Of a DNA stretch of 64,000 nucleotides, positions 52,807 to 63,267 are shown one piece after another. Within the stretch, counting starts at the first letter, position 1. Each line of letters starts with the position of its first letter. The stretch is from Pseudomonadota bacterium (GTDB taxonomy: Bacteria; Pseudomonadota; Gammaproteobacteria; Burkholderiales; Burkholderiaceae_C): NCBI GenBank assembly GCA_041181985.1, contig JBEGOM010000002.1:13366-77365 (forward strand), read 5' to 3'. Under the pieces are notes generated by a model. The model did not search any database. It had not been told where the DNA came from and saw only the letters and a program-made list of their open reading frames with translations. The translations under genes were made by a program, and so were the position numbers.

Positions 52807-54111
52807 TCACAAGCGATTAGGCAACCACAGTGCAATGATCGGGAACGAAATCAGAATGATCAAGCGCAAGATGTCGGTGATCACAAACGGAATCACGCCT
52901 TTGAAAATCGTCATGAACGACACATCTTTCACCACGCTCTTGATCACAAACACATTCATACCCACCGGCGGGTGAATCAAACCGAGCTCAACCGTCATCA
53001 CAATGATGATGCCAAACCAAATCGGATCGAAGCCCAACTGCACGATCACGGGAAAGATGATCGGCACGGTCAAGATGATCATGGCCATCGCGTCCATCAG
53101 GCAACCCAAAATCAAATACATCACCATGATCATGGCGAGCACGCCGTAGCGACCCACGCCCAAGCCGGTTAAAAACTCGGTCAGCTTTTGGGGTGTTTGT
53201 GTGATGGTTAAGAAGTAACCAAACAACAACGCACCAATCAAAACGGTGAACACCGCTGCTGCGGTGCGTGTGGCGGACAACAACGCTTCACGAATGCCTG
53301 CACGGTCTAACTTGCCGCGCAACACGCCCAGCAAGAAGGCGCCACTGGCACCCACACCACCGGCCTCGGTAGGCGTGAAGAAACCACCATACAAACCACA
53401 GATGACAAACAAGAACAACACCAAGGGCGCCCACACATCTTTCAAACCATTGAGGCGTTCACTCAACGGCTGACGCTCACCTGCGGGCAACCAGTCAGGA
53501 CGGAAATACACAATCAACATGATGGTGATGACATACATCGTCATCGCCAACAAACCAGGCACGATGCCGGCCATGAACAATTTGCCAATGTCTTGCTGCG
53601 TCAAGATCGCATACACCGCCAACACGGTGGAGGGTGGCAGCATGGCACCCAATGTGCCGCCCGCAGCAATCACGCCGGTGGCAAAGGATTGCGGATAACC
53701 AAAGCGACGCATTTCTGGATACGCCACCGCAGAGAAGGTGGCCGCTGTTGCTACCGATGAACCACAGATAGCCGCAAAGCCACCACACGCCAACACAGTA
53801 GCCACACCCAAGCCACCGCGCAAGTGACCAATGAAAGCATTGGCCGCACGAAACAATTCGCGGCTGACACCAGAGACCGACACAAACGCACCCATCAACA
53901 TGAACATGGGAATCACGCCGAAGGTGTAGTCGGTGACGGTGCGCATGGAGGTTTGTCCGACCAACTTCAATGCAGGGCCGGTGCCTGCGATGTAGCTGTA
54001 GCCCACCACACCCACCAAGCCCATGGCCATGCCCACGGGCACGCGCAAGAGCATCAACACAAACAACACAACAAAGCCGATCACGGCAACGGCATCGGTA
54101 CTCAGTTCCAT
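52807..54111 (-). CDS. TRAP transporter large permease (DctM)
   Basis: IPMFMLMG, GSSVATA, GGTLGAMLPPS, FTPTEAG, DPIWFGI, PPVGMNVF. Confidence 0.93.
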   Translation of the reverse strand: MELSTDAVAVIGFVVLFVLMLLRVPVGMAMGLVGVVGYSYIAGTGPALKLVGQTSMRTVTDYTFGVIPMFMLMGAFVSVSGVSRELFRAANAFIGHLRGGLGVATVLACGGFAAICGSSVATAATFSAVAYPEMRRFGYPQSFATGVIAAGGTLGAMLPPSTVLAVYAILTQQDIGKLFMAGIVPGLLAMTMYVITIMLIVYFRPDWLPAGERQPLSERLNGLKDVWAPLVLFLFVICGLYGGFFTPTEAGGVGASGAFLLGVLRGKLDRAGIREALLSATRTAAAVFTVLIGALLFGYFLTITQTPQKLTEFLTGLGVGRYGVLAMIMVMYLILGCLMDAMAMIILTVPIIFPVIVQLGFDPIWFGIIIVMTVELGLIHPPVGMNVFVIKSVVKDVSFMTIFKGVIPFVITDILRLIILISFPIIALWLPNRL

Positions 54112-54114
54112 TTT

Positions 54115-54645
54115 TTATTCGCTTGTTTTTATTTCAGGATGGTCTTCCAGCGCTTCAGGCTCGAAGATCAGGCGCCAAGTGCGAATGGCGATCAGCAACA
54201 CCGCACACACATCGCCCAACCATGCCACAGCAAAGAAAGGCCAAGTGGGCAAGTTCAAGTCGTAGGTGAGCACGTTGTCGTTGTAGGTCAAGCTGACCTT
54301 GTCAAACAACATGATGGTTTGCACCGTCACCACGAACAACAACACCAAGGTGGCAAACACATCGATGAAGCGGCGCATGCGTGGGCTGGCACCGGTCCAC
54401 AACAAGTCGACGGTGATGTGGCTGCCACGGTAGCTGGTGGCGGCAATGCCCCAGAAAATCAAAATGCCCAACAGCAAACGGCCGAAGTCGTAGCTGTCGG
54501 GAATCGAGGTGTCGAAGAACTTGCGCAACAACACCGCAATAAAAATGTTGGCGGCCACGATGCCCACAAAGAGCGCCGCCATCCATTCAATCGCATCGAT
54601 GATGCGGTCGAATGGATTTTTACGAGAGGATGAGGTTGAACTCAT
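54115..54645 (-). CDS. TRAP transporter small permease (DctQ)
   Basis: 4 TM, HITVDLL motif, between DctP and DctM. Confidence 0.9.
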   Translation of the reverse strand: MSSTSSSRKNPFDRIIDAIEWMAALFVGIVAANIFIAVLLRKFFDTSIPDSYDFGRLLLGILIFWGIAATSYRGSHITVDLLWTGASPRMRRFIDVFATLVLLFVVTVQTIMLFDKVSLTYNDNVLTYDLNLPTWPFFAVAWLGDVCAVLLIAIRTWRLIFEPEALEDHPEIKTSE

Positions 54646-54653
54646 TCAAGCAC

Positions 54654-55679
54654 TCACAGGCCCGATTTGTATTTGGCCAACGATTGTTTGAACGCGCCCA
54701 TCACAGCAGCGGGGTCTTGACCGGCTTTTTTCACATCAGCGGCCCACTGTTGTTCAGCCGGTGCCACAGCGGTTTTCCACGCGTTGAGTTGATCGGGAGT
54801 GAGTTTGTAAACCTCACGGTTGGGGTCAGCTGCCAATTTGTTGTGGCCTGCAATTTCAAAGTCTGCCCAAGCGGTGCCTACTTTTTCGGCCCACTCGCTG
54901 GTGCAATGGCTGTCGACCGCTTTTTTCTGTGTGGCCGACAAGGCGTTGTATTTGTCTTTGTTCATGACCCACACAAACGGTGTCACATACAAGGGCACAT
55001 CCATGTGGTACTTCACCACTTTGTCAATGCCAAACAAGGTGAGCGAACCCCATGGGAAGGTGATGGCTTCGGCCACACCGCGCTCAAGCATGTCGCGTGA
55101 CTCAGGTGCTGACGCTTGCACATTGGTGCCACCCAACAAGGTGATCATTTGACCGACGGTCGCAGTGGCTGGACGCACCTTCATGCCTTTGATGTCGGAG
55201 GGCGACACAATTTTTTTGCGTGAGTGAAACGCACCGGGGTCGTGTGCGAAGGCAAAACAGAAATGCACATCTTTCATTTCTTTGGCCGCATAAGCGCGGT
55301 ACCAAGCGTCAATCGCGGCAGAGCCTGCTTTGGCGTTGCTCACCATGAAGGGCAATGAAGAGGCCGCAAACACCGGGAAGCGGCCAGGTTGGTAGCCGGG
55401 GTTGACATACGACAGATCAGAAATGCCATCGCGCGCCATGTCGTAGTGGTCAAACGCTTTGCCCAATTGTTCAGAGGGAAACAAGGTGGAGTTGATGGTG
55501 CCGCCGGATGCGGCTTTCAAACTTTCGCCCCAGGCGATCAACGCAGGGTTGAGCGCGTGTTGTGCGGGGACCCAGCTCGCGAGCTTGAGGGTGACAGGTT
55601 TGTCTTGCGCTTGCACAGCGCCCAAGCTGAGTGCGGCCAATGCGGTGACAACGAGGGTGCGTGAGAGTTTGCTTTTCAT
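54654..55679 (-). CDS. TRAP substrate-binding protein (DctP)
   Basis: Signal peptide, PGRFP, DIKGMKVR; GAGG RBS before ATG 55679. Confidence 0.9.
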   Translation of the reverse strand: MKSKLSRTLVVTALAALSLGAVQAQDKPVTLKLASWVPAQHALNPALIAWGESLKAASGGTINSTLFPSEQLGKAFDHYDMARDGISDLSYVNPGYQPGRFPVFAASSLPFMVSNAKAGSAAIDAWYRAYAAKEMKDVHFCFAFAHDPGAFHSRKKIVSPSDIKGMKVRPATATVGQMITLLGGTNVQASAPESRDMLERGVAEAITFPWGSLTLFGIDKVVKYHMDVPLYVTPFVWVMNKDKYNALSATQKKAVDSHCTSEWAEKVGTAWADFEIAGHNKLAADPNREVYKLTPDQLNAWKTAVAPAEQQWAADVKKAGQDPAAVMGAFKQSLAKYKSGL

Positions 55680-55808
55680 GGTTTCCTCTTGGGGTGGATG
55701 AAGGGGTGAATGAACAAGTTGAAGCGAAAGTGTTGAGGTTGAAGTCAACAAGTTTGAAAGTTATGGTTTGTAACCTTTTTGTTCGTTGCTCGGAACAGGT
55801 GTTTTCCT

Positions 55809-57449
55809 CTAGGCAGACGGTGTGTTGCGTTTCATCCAACGGATGGGTTGTGCGCGCACTTCGCGGGCGGGCACGCCGTGTTGGCGCAGCGTCACATCGA
55901 GCTCTGTGCCGGCTTCGTCGCGCAGTGCGGCGGCGCAGGCTTGGTCAATCGCTTGTGCGCGCGCTGCAGCATTTTCAAAATGTGTGGCGCCGTCAGCATT
56001 GGGTGCCAGGTGGCGCAAGATGTGCAGCAAGTTGTCGCGCCCGCGATCGTGCGTGCTGCCATAGCCTTTGATCAAACGGCCGCACTTTGCCAGCGAAAAC
56101 CCGAGCGCGGGGTCTGTGCGCGCGGCGTGTGTGACGGCGTCTAGCCACTGCGTGATCAGTTGCTGTTCTTCGTGGTAGCGATGCCCCAAGGGGCGCAACC
56201 ATTTGAAGCTTGCCAACACGCGCAGCATCATCATGCCCCACACGCTGTGCGTGCCCACTTTCAAAGGAAAGGCCAACGGTGCCAAACCGCGAGCGCTGCG
56301 TGCGTTGTCCCAACGCATGAGCGACTGCGCCAAACCTTGCGGCAACAACGCGGCGATTTCGGGCACGCCCGGTTTGAAGTGGTCATAGAGTTTGAGCACA
56401 TCGTCGTCTTTGGCTTTGACCTCTGTGCGCACGCGATGCCATCGGCTGGCGCGGCTTTTCAAATCGGCCACACGCACGATGTCGTCAAACGCCATCCACA
56501 AGGCCAACCAACGGGCCACTTCTTGGGTGACCGTTGCTTGGTTTGCGTGGGCAGATGTTTCTGCTGTCAGAACCGTTTGCAAACGCTGCACATACAAATC
56601 GGCATACGCTTGGTTTTGGTAATCGATCAAACGCGCCACACCCAAGGCCAACACCTCATGCGTGTTGGCAGGAAACTGCGCGGCAATGTGTGCGGGCAAG
56701 GTGGGTGTTTCGTTATGCGCGATGTGGGTTGCAGATGCCGATGTTTGCGACGAGGCTTGCAACGCGGGCGAGAGCACCGCATCCACATAACGCAGCTGCG
56801 CTTGTTGGTTTTTCAGAGCGGCCCAAGCCAACTCAAAACCACGCAAGCTGGCGCGTTGGCTGGCGTTGAGTTGGGCGTCGCTTTGGCCATTGCGAATGGC
56901 GGCTTCGAAATCTTCTTTTTGCATGGGCAACACGCCGCTGGCGGCAATGCTGCCGAGCATGACGGCACTCACCACGGTGCCGGCTTCACGGGTGAGAGTT
57001 GCCATGTCCAACACATGGCGTGTGCGGCTGTGTTGTTCAAGCAATTGAAGCAAGGCTGCATCGTCAATGCGGCCATCGCCCATGGGCATTTTTTCAAACG
57101 TGGTGAGGGTGCGGTTGTTGGCGCTGATGACGAAGGTGCGATCGGCCGACACCATGCCGTTGCCAATTTGACGCGCGGTTTCTAACAACTCAGACGACAC
57201 CAACAAATCTAAGCGACCAGGTAAGGGGTTCAAACCAAACACGGGGCGTTGACCCTTGAGTGTGCTTTGGTGTGCAGGAAACACTTCTAAGTAATAGGTG
57301 GTGGCGCCTGTGCGTTGCGCTACACCGGGCACCGAAGTGGCTTGCACCGGATAGCCAGCGTGATGCGCGGCATCGACCAACCAGTCGGCCAACACACCGC
57401 CGCCTTCGCCACCCAAGGCGCACAGCAAAACAGAAATAGCTTGAGACAT
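55809..57449 (-). CDS. Indolepyruvate:ferredoxin oxidoreductase-like beta subunit with long C-terminal extension
   Basis: ALGGEGGGVL, TSVPGVAQRTGAT (POR gamma-like domain); C-terminal LIKGYG motif. Confidence 0.82.
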   Translation of the reverse strand: MSQAISVLLCALGGEGGGVLADWLVDAAHHAGYPVQATSVPGVAQRTGATTYYLEVFPAHQSTLKGQRPVFGLNPLPGRLDLLVSSELLETARQIGNGMVSADRTFVISANNRTLTTFEKMPMGDGRIDDAALLQLLEQHSRTRHVLDMATLTREAGTVVSAVMLGSIAASGVLPMQKEDFEAAIRNGQSDAQLNASQRASLRGFELAWAALKNQQAQLRYVDAVLSPALQASSQTSASATHIAHNETPTLPAHIAAQFPANTHEVLALGVARLIDYQNQAYADLYVQRLQTVLTAETSAHANQATVTQEVARWLALWMAFDDIVRVADLKSRASRWHRVRTEVKAKDDDVLKLYDHFKPGVPEIAALLPQGLAQSLMRWDNARSARGLAPLAFPLKVGTHSVWGMMMLRVLASFKWLRPLGHRYHEEQQLITQWLDAVTHAARTDPALGFSLAKCGRLIKGYGSTHDRGRDNLLHILRHLAPNADGATHFENAAARAQAIDQACAAALRDEAGTELDVTLRQHGVPAREVRAQPIRWMKRNTPSA

Positions 57450-57503
57450 GTGTGAGGCTTTGTTGAGTGAGTGTTGTGGGATGGGCGAGATGAAAAAATG
57501 GCA

Positions 57504-59690
57504 TCAAGCGGGTTGCAGCAGTCGCACCAAACCGGCACGCAGTTGGCTGATGAGCCGTTCACCCACGCTCGCGTTTTGCACCACCTCGGCGCGGTAGAAC
57601 GAGGGACACAAAGTGGCAGCGTGCGCGTTTTCACCACACAAACCACAGCCCACGCAACCGTCGATCACCGTGGCCACGGGGTCCACCTTGAGTGGGTCGG
57701 GGTTGTCTTTGAGGGTGAGGGTAGGGCAACCCGACAAACGAATGCAAGCGTGGTCGCCGTTGCACACATCTTCATCGACACCGTATTTCACACGCTGCAC
57801 CCGCTCGCCTTTTTTCAACAAATTGGCAATCCATGGCTTGATGCGGCGTTGGCGTTCGAGTTGGCATTCGCCTTCGGCCACGATCACTTTCAAGCCATTG
57901 AAATCAGAGGTGAATGCCTCGACCAATGTTTCGCGCACTTTGGCCACTTCGTAGGTGTGCACCGTGCGCAACCATTGCACACCCAATCCTTGCAAGGTGC
58001 GCTCAATGGTTTGGTTGGTGTGCGCCAAGCTTTGCCATTTGTCAGCAGCAGCGAGCTTCGCGGCATCGTCGGGGGTGGAGATGATGTCTTGCGTGCCCGT
58101 GGCGGAGGTGTAACCGTTTTTGAAAATCAACAAAACCGCATCGTCACCGTTGAACAACGCGCTTTGCACGCCAGTGAGCAAACCGTTGTGCCAAAAACCA
58201 CCGTCGCCCATGATGGACAACACGCGCCGTTGCATCGCCGGTGACACACCTGCACGGCTGGCCAAACTCATGCCATAGCCCAAGATGGTGTGACCCATGC
58301 CAAACGGTTCGAAGGTGCCAAACGCGTGGCAACCAATGTCTGCGGCCACATGCACCGCACCAATGTCTTGTTGTGCCAGTTTGATGGCAGAAAACACAGG
58401 CCGTTCAGGGCAGCCAATGCAAAACCCCGGTGGACGCGGTGGCAACACTTTGCCTTGGCTTTGCAAGGTGTGCGACACGCTGGCGCGGCGTTGTTGGTTG
58501 TTCGTTAACCACTCTGACACAGCGTGGGCCTCGTGCGTTGGTGTTGCAGGTGTTGCATCGCTTGGCAAATAGCGCGACACAAATGGCAGCAAACCTTGCG
58601 CCATGACTTCTGCAGAATATTCACCGCCTTGTGGCAACCAATCTTTGCCATGCAGTGGCGTGCCAATGTCACGGCGGCGCAAGTGGGTGGCAATTTCTTG
58701 TTCGATGTATTCGGGTTGGCCTTCTTCCATCACCAACACACCGCGTTTGCCCAAACAGAAGTTGGCAATTTGATCGGGCACCAACGGCGAAGTGACGTTG
58801 AGCACCAACAACGGAATGCGCGTGTTACCAAACGCATCGGCCAAATCAAATTGCTGCAATGCGCGAATCAAGGTGTTGTACAAGCCGCCTTGCACGATGA
58901 TGCCCACATCGTTGTGTGCACCGTCAAAGTGTTCGTTCAAACCATGCGCTTCGATGTAAGCGCGTGCGGCAGGAATGCGTTCGGCGTATTTCAGTTTTTC
59001 GTGTTGAAAGGTGACGGGTGGATGCGCCAAGCGGTTGTAGTCAAAGGCGCTGGGCTCGTCCATGGGGTGCAGCGCAGACACAGCGGGTGCTTGGTTGTCT
59101 TTGGCCACAAAGCTGCCGCGCACATGGCAAGTGCGAATGCGCAGCTCCATCAGTGCAGGCATGTTGGAGACCTCTGACAAACGAAAACCGTGCTCCACCA
59201 TGTCGACCATGCGCGTTAAATCGGGGCGGGGGTCGAGCAACAACATGCCCGACTTGAGCGCATACGCGTGGGTGCGCTCTTGAATGACGGAAGCACCTTC
59301 GCCATAGTCTTCACCCACCACCACCAACACGCCGCCTTTCACACCGGGGGACGACAAATTGCTCAACGCATCAGCGGCCACATTGGTGCCGACAATCGAT
59401 TTCCAGGTGACCGCACCGCGCAAGGGGTAATGGATGGAGGCGCCCAACATGGCGGCAGCAGAAGCTTCGTTGGCGCATGCTTCAACATTCACGCCCAGTT
59501 CTTGCATGTAGTCTTTTGCTTGCACCATGACATCGAGCAAATGCGATACCGGTGCGCCTTGGTAGCCGCCCACATACGCCACACCCGATTGCAACAAGGC
59601 TTTGGTGATGGCCAAAATGCCTTCACCGTGAAATGTTTCGCCTGCACCCATGCGCAGCATTTCAATTTCTTTGCTGAATGAAACTTCCAC
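57504..59690 (-). CDS. Indolepyruvate:ferredoxin oxidoreductase-like alpha subunit
   Basis: GYQGAP, RPPGFCIGCPER, DIGCH, TPP motif MGDGGFWHNG, ferredoxin Cys clusters (CNGDHACIRLSGCP; CVGCGLC); GTG start after GGAG (frame open from 59723). Confidence 0.87.
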   Translation of the reverse strand: MEVSFSKEIEMLRMGAGETFHGEGILAITKALLQSGVAYVGGYQGAPVSHLLDVMVQAKDYMQELGVNVEACANEASAAAMLGASIHYPLRGAVTWKSIVGTNVAADALSNLSSPGVKGGVLVVVGEDYGEGASVIQERTHAYALKSGMLLLDPRPDLTRMVDMVEHGFRLSEVSNMPALMELRIRTCHVRGSFVAKDNQAPAVSALHPMDEPSAFDYNRLAHPPVTFQHEKLKYAERIPAARAYIEAHGLNEHFDGAHNDVGIIVQGGLYNTLIRALQQFDLADAFGNTRIPLLVLNVTSPLVPDQIANFCLGKRGVLVMEEGQPEYIEQEIATHLRRRDIGTPLHGKDWLPQGGEYSAEVMAQGLLPFVSRYLPSDATPATPTHEAHAVSEWLTNNQQRRASVSHTLQSQGKVLPPRPPGFCIGCPERPVFSAIKLAQQDIGAVHVAADIGCHAFGTFEPFGMGHTILGYGMSLASRAGVSPAMQRRVLSIMGDGGFWHNGLLTGVQSALFNGDDAVLLIFKNGYTSATGTQDIISTPDDAAKLAAADKWQSLAHTNQTIERTLQGLGVQWLRTVHTYEVAKVRETLVEAFTSDFNGLKVIVAEGECQLERQRRIKPWIANLLKKGERVQRVKYGVDEDVCNGDHACIRLSGCPTLTLKDNPDPLKVDPVATVIDGCVGCGLCGENAHAATLCPSFYRAEVVQNASVGERLISQLRAGLVRLLQPA

Positions 59691-59836
59691 CGTGTTGTCT
59701 CCTTCAAGCGTTGCAGTGTGCAACGCTTGCGGTTTGTTTTGTTGAACAGCAGTCTACTAAGTGACACGCTGAATGGCCAGCGCATGGCTTGAGGGGTTTT
59801 ATCAAGCGCATCAAGAAACGTTTCAACAAGCGCTCT

Positions 59837-60739
59837 TCACGCAAGCGCAGCTTGCTGTTGCACCCAGTGTCTGAAGCGCGTGAGCACTTCGCGCTCGTCG
59901 GTGTTGTCGGGTGTGATCAAGTAATAGCTGCGTCTGCCGCGCAGGGCTTTGGGGCAGGCGACTACCAATTCGCCACGCGCCAATTCGCCGGCAATCAACA
60001 AACGCGGCATCAAGGCCACGCCCAGTTGGTGGCTGGCCGCCACGGCGAGCATGGAAAACAATTCGTAACGCGGGCCATTCAAGGCGTGAGGCGCATCCAC
60101 ACCCATGGCTTCAAACCATTGCCGCCAACCTTCGGGGCGTGTGCTTTGTTGCAACAGCGGCATGTGTGCCAAAGCCTTTGGGGTGAGTTGCTTGCGCCCT
60201 TGCAATAAGACGGGGCTGCACACCGGCACCACATCTTCGTCTAGCAACTTGTCAGCGCGCGTGCCGGGCCAGTTGCGCACTTGCTCGGGTGTGCCGGTGT
60301 AGAGGGCGGCATCGAACGAGGTGTCGGCAAACAAAAACGGCCGTGTGCGGGTGTCGATGTGCACCGTGATGTCGGGGTGGCTGTGCGCCAAATCGCGCAA
60401 ACGCGGAATCAACCAATGGGTGGCGAAGGTGGGCACGGCGGCGAGCGTCAAATGGCCGCCGCTGCCTTGGCGCGACATGGTGTCTAAGGTGTCGCGCTCG
60501 AGGCCGGCCAACCGCTGCCCAACTTGTTGCGCGTAGTCAGCGCCTGCAGGTGTGAGTGCCACACCGTGGCGGGTGCGGCGAAACAGCTTCAAACCAAGGA
60601 AATCTTCTAACTGGTTGACTTGGCGCGACACCGCGCTTTGCGTCAATACCAGCTCGTCAGCCGCCCGTGTGTAGCTCTCGTGTCGGGCTGCGGCGTCGAA
60701 ACACAAGAGGGCTTGCAGAGAGGGAATTTTGCGCCGCAT
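59837..60739 (-). CDS. gcdR: LysR family regulator, GcvA-type (GcdR-like)
   Basis: MRRKIPS..AL..F, TQSAVSRQ HTH, PTFATHWLIPRL; divergent from gcdH. Confidence 0.8.
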   Translation of the reverse strand: MRRKIPSLQALLCFDAAARHESYTRAADELVLTQSAVSRQVNQLEDFLGLKLFRRTRHGVALTPAGADYAQQVGQRLAGLERDTLDTMSRQGSGGHLTLAAVPTFATHWLIPRLRDLAHSHPDITVHIDTRTRPFLFADTSFDAALYTGTPEQVRNWPGTRADKLLDEDVVPVCSPVLLQGRKQLTPKALAHMPLLQQSTRPEGWRQWFEAMGVDAPHALNGPRYELFSMLAVAASHQLGVALMPRLLIAGELARGELVVACPKALRGRRSYYLITPDNTDEREVLTRFRHWVQQQAALA

Positions 60740-60850
60740 GGGGGTTCAGTTATGAGTGAAATGAATATCTGGATGTTAAATCAACGCTTCTGAACGGTGT
60801 GCGTCGCCGTTAAGATACCGCTCAACATTCAAAACTCTCAGGAGCACCGC

Positions 60851-62047
60851 ATGGCACATGCCGCATTCAATTGGCAAGACCCGTTTTTGTTAGACCAACA
60901 ACTCACCGAAGACGAACGCATGGTGCGCGAAGCTGCGCAAGCGTATTGCCAAGACAAACTGTTGCCACGCGTGCTCAATGCGTTTCGCAATGAAAAAACC
61001 GATGTGGAAATTTTTCGTGAAATGGGTGAACTCGGTTTGCTCGGCCCCACCATTCCCACCGAATACGGTGGCCCCGGCTTGAACTATGTGGCTTATGGTT
61101 TGATTGCACGCGAAGTCGAACGCGTAGACAGCGGTTACCGCTCAATGATGAGCGTGCAGTCGTCGTTGGTGATGGTGCCGATCAATGAGTTTGGTACCGA
61201 AGGACAAAAACAAAAATACTTGCCCAAGCTCGCCACCGGCGAATGGATTGGTTGCTTTGGCTTGACCGAGCCCGACCACGGCTCTGACCCTGCGAGCATG
61301 GCCACACGCGCCAAAAAAGTGAAGGGCGGCTACGAGCTCAAAGGCAACAAGATGTGGATCTCTAACAGCCCGATTGCAGATGTGTTTGTGGTGTGGGCCA
61401 AAGAGGTGAGCGAGAGTGGCCAAGTCGGCCCGATTCGCGGCTTTGTGTTGGAAAAAGGTTGGAAGGGTTTGAGCGCCCCCGCGATTCATGGCAAGGTCGG
61501 CTTGCGTGCATCCATCACCGGTGAAATTGTGATGGACGGTGTGTTTGTGCCCGAAGAAAACGCATTCCCAGAAGTGCAAGGCTTGAAAGGCCCGTTCACT
61601 TGTTTGAACAGCGCACGCTACGGCATTGCCTGGGGTGCTTTGGGTGCGGCGGAAGATTGCTGGCACCGCGCGCGTCAATACACACTCGATCGCCAACAGT
61701 TTGGTCGCCCCTTGGCCGCCAACCAATTGATTCAAAAGAAATTGGCTGACATGCAAACCGAAATTGCTTTGGGCCTACAAGGTTGCTTGCGTTTGGGCCG
61801 CATGAAAGACGAAGGCACAGCGTCGGTGGAAATCACCTCCATCTTGAAACGCAACTCATGCGGCAAGGCCTTGGACATTGCGCGCATGGCACGCGACATG
61901 ATGGGCGGCAACGGCATCAGCGATGAGTTTGGTGTGGCGCGTCATTTGGTCAACCTTGAGGTGGTCAACACCTACGAAGGCACACATGACATTCACGCGC
62001 TCATTTTGGGCCGCGCGCAAACGGGCATTGCGGCATTTGCCAATTGA
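60851..62047 (+). CDS. gcdH: Glutaryl-CoA dehydrogenase
   Basis: [49 protein letters not shown]; AGGAG RBS. Confidence 0.93.
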   Translation: MAHAAFNWQDPFLLDQQLTEDERMVREAAQAYCQDKLLPRVLNAFRNEKTDVEIFREMGELGLLGPTIPTEYGGPGLNYVAYGLIAREVERVDSGYRSMMSVQSSLVMVPINEFGTEGQKQKYLPKLATGEWIGCFGLTEPDHGSDPASMATRAKKVKGGYELKGNKMWISNSPIADVFVVWAKEVSESGQVGPIRGFVLEKGWKGLSAPAIHGKVGLRASITGEIVMDGVFVPEENAFPEVQGLKGPFTCLNSARYGIAWGALGAAEDCWHRARQYTLDRQQFGRPLAANQLIQKKLADMQTEIALGLQGCLRLGRMKDEGTASVEITSILKRNSCGKALDIARMARDMMGGNGISDEFGVARHLVNLEVVNTYEGTHDIHALILGRAQTGIAAFAN

Positions 62048-62112
62048 TGCACATAACGGACGCATACAACTGACGCACATTACTGACACACTGTAAAGTG
62101 TGTTGCACAGAC

Positions 62113-62141
62113 AAGTCGCCTGACACCCAGGCGACTTTTTT
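62113..62141 (+). terminator. Intrinsic terminator after gcdH
   Basis: AAGTCGCCTG-acacc-CAGGCGACTT followed by a T-run. Confidence 0.8.
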
Positions 62142-62225
62142 CATGGGTAGATGGGTGTTGTCCCGATGTTGTTTTAGGGCATGTCGGTTTATCGTGAAGC
62201 TTTGCAAATTTTTCGAGGAAGTCAC

Positions 62226-63266
62226 TTGAACCACAAAACCAAACTCACACAGCCTGCGCAGATGGACACAGCGCAAACAGGCATCAACCGTCGTGCGTCA
62301 TTGCAAGGTATGGCGGGTGTGTTGGCCAGTTTCACAGCACCAACGCTTTTGAGTTCTGCCGTTTGGGCGCAAGACAAGTTTCCCAACAAACCCATCACCT
62401 TGATCGTGCCGTGGACCGCAGGGGGCCCCAGCGACGGTGTGTTGCGTGCGTTTGCAGAAAGTGCCAGCCGTGCCTTGGGTGTGTCGGTGGTGTGCGAGAA
62501 CAAACCTGGTGCGGGCGGCATTTTGGGGGCGAACGCCATGGTGGGCGCCAAGCCCGATGGCTACACCATCACCCAGTTGCCATTGGGTATTTACCGTTTG
62601 CCCCATATGCAAAAAACCATCTTTGACCCCATCAAAGACTTGACGCACATCGCTTGCTTGACTGGTTACACCTTTTGCATTGCCGCCGCAATGGACGCGC
62701 CTTTCAAAACCTTGAAAGAAATGGTCGCATACGCCAAAGCCAACCCAGGCAAGTTGGAATACGGCCACACCGGCACCGGCACCACGCCACATTTGGCGAT
62801 TGAAGAGTTCAGCATGAAAGCGGGCATTCAACTCAACCCCATTCCTTACAAAGGCGCGGCAGAAATTTTGCAATCGATTTTGGGTGGGCACATTCGCATG
62901 ATGAGCAGCACCACCGAAGTCATTCCGTTGGTGAAAGAGGGCAAGCTGCGTTTGCTCGCCACCTTGGGCAGTCAGCGCAGCAAAGCCTTGCCCGATGTGC
63001 CCACCGTGAAAGAAAGTGGTTGGGACACCATTTCAGAATCTCCCTTTGGCATCGGTGGCCCCAAGGGCATGGACCCTGTGGTGGTGCGTGTGTTGCAAGA
63101 TGCGTTCAAGAAAACACTCGACGATGCACGCGTGATCGAAACCCTCGACAAGTTTTACCAACCCACGATTTACATGAGCAGCGAGGACTACACCAAATAC
63201 GCGGTGCGCACATTTGAAGCCGAACGCGCCACGGTGGAGCGTTTGGGGCTGGCTAAGAAGAGTTGA
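62226..63266 (+). CDS. Bug/TctC family substrate-binding protein with Tat-like signal (start uncertain)
   Basis: NRRASL twin-Arg, FPNKPITLIVPW.AGG, ENKPGAGG, IPYKG, PDVPTVKESG; TTG after GAGGA. Confidence 0.88.
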   Translation: MNHKTKLTQPAQMDTAQTGINRRASLQGMAGVLASFTAPTLLSSAVWAQDKFPNKPITLIVPWTAGGPSDGVLRAFAESASRALGVSVVCENKPGAGGILGANAMVGAKPDGYTITQLPLGIYRLPHMQKTIFDPIKDLTHIACLTGYTFCIAAAMDAPFKTLKEMVAYAKANPGKLEYGHTGTGTTPHLAIEEFSMKAGIQLNPIPYKGAAEILQSILGGHIRMMSSTTEVIPLVKEGKLRLLATLGSQRSKALPDVPTVKESGWDTISESPFGIGGPKGMDPVVVRVLQDAFKKTLDDARVIETLDKFYQPTIYMSSEDYTKYAVRTFEAERATVERLGLAKKS

Positions 63267-63267
63267 T

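Noticed and set aside
55690-55760. Short repeats (GGGGTGRATGAA twice; AACAAGTT twice) upstream of dctP
   Set aside because: Low-complexity intergenic sequence with no supportable function.
62048-62100. Degenerate ~13-bp repeats (GACGCATACAACT/GACGCACATTACT/GACAC) after gcdH
   Set aside because: Too short and degenerate; no spacers or cas genes, so not CRISPR.
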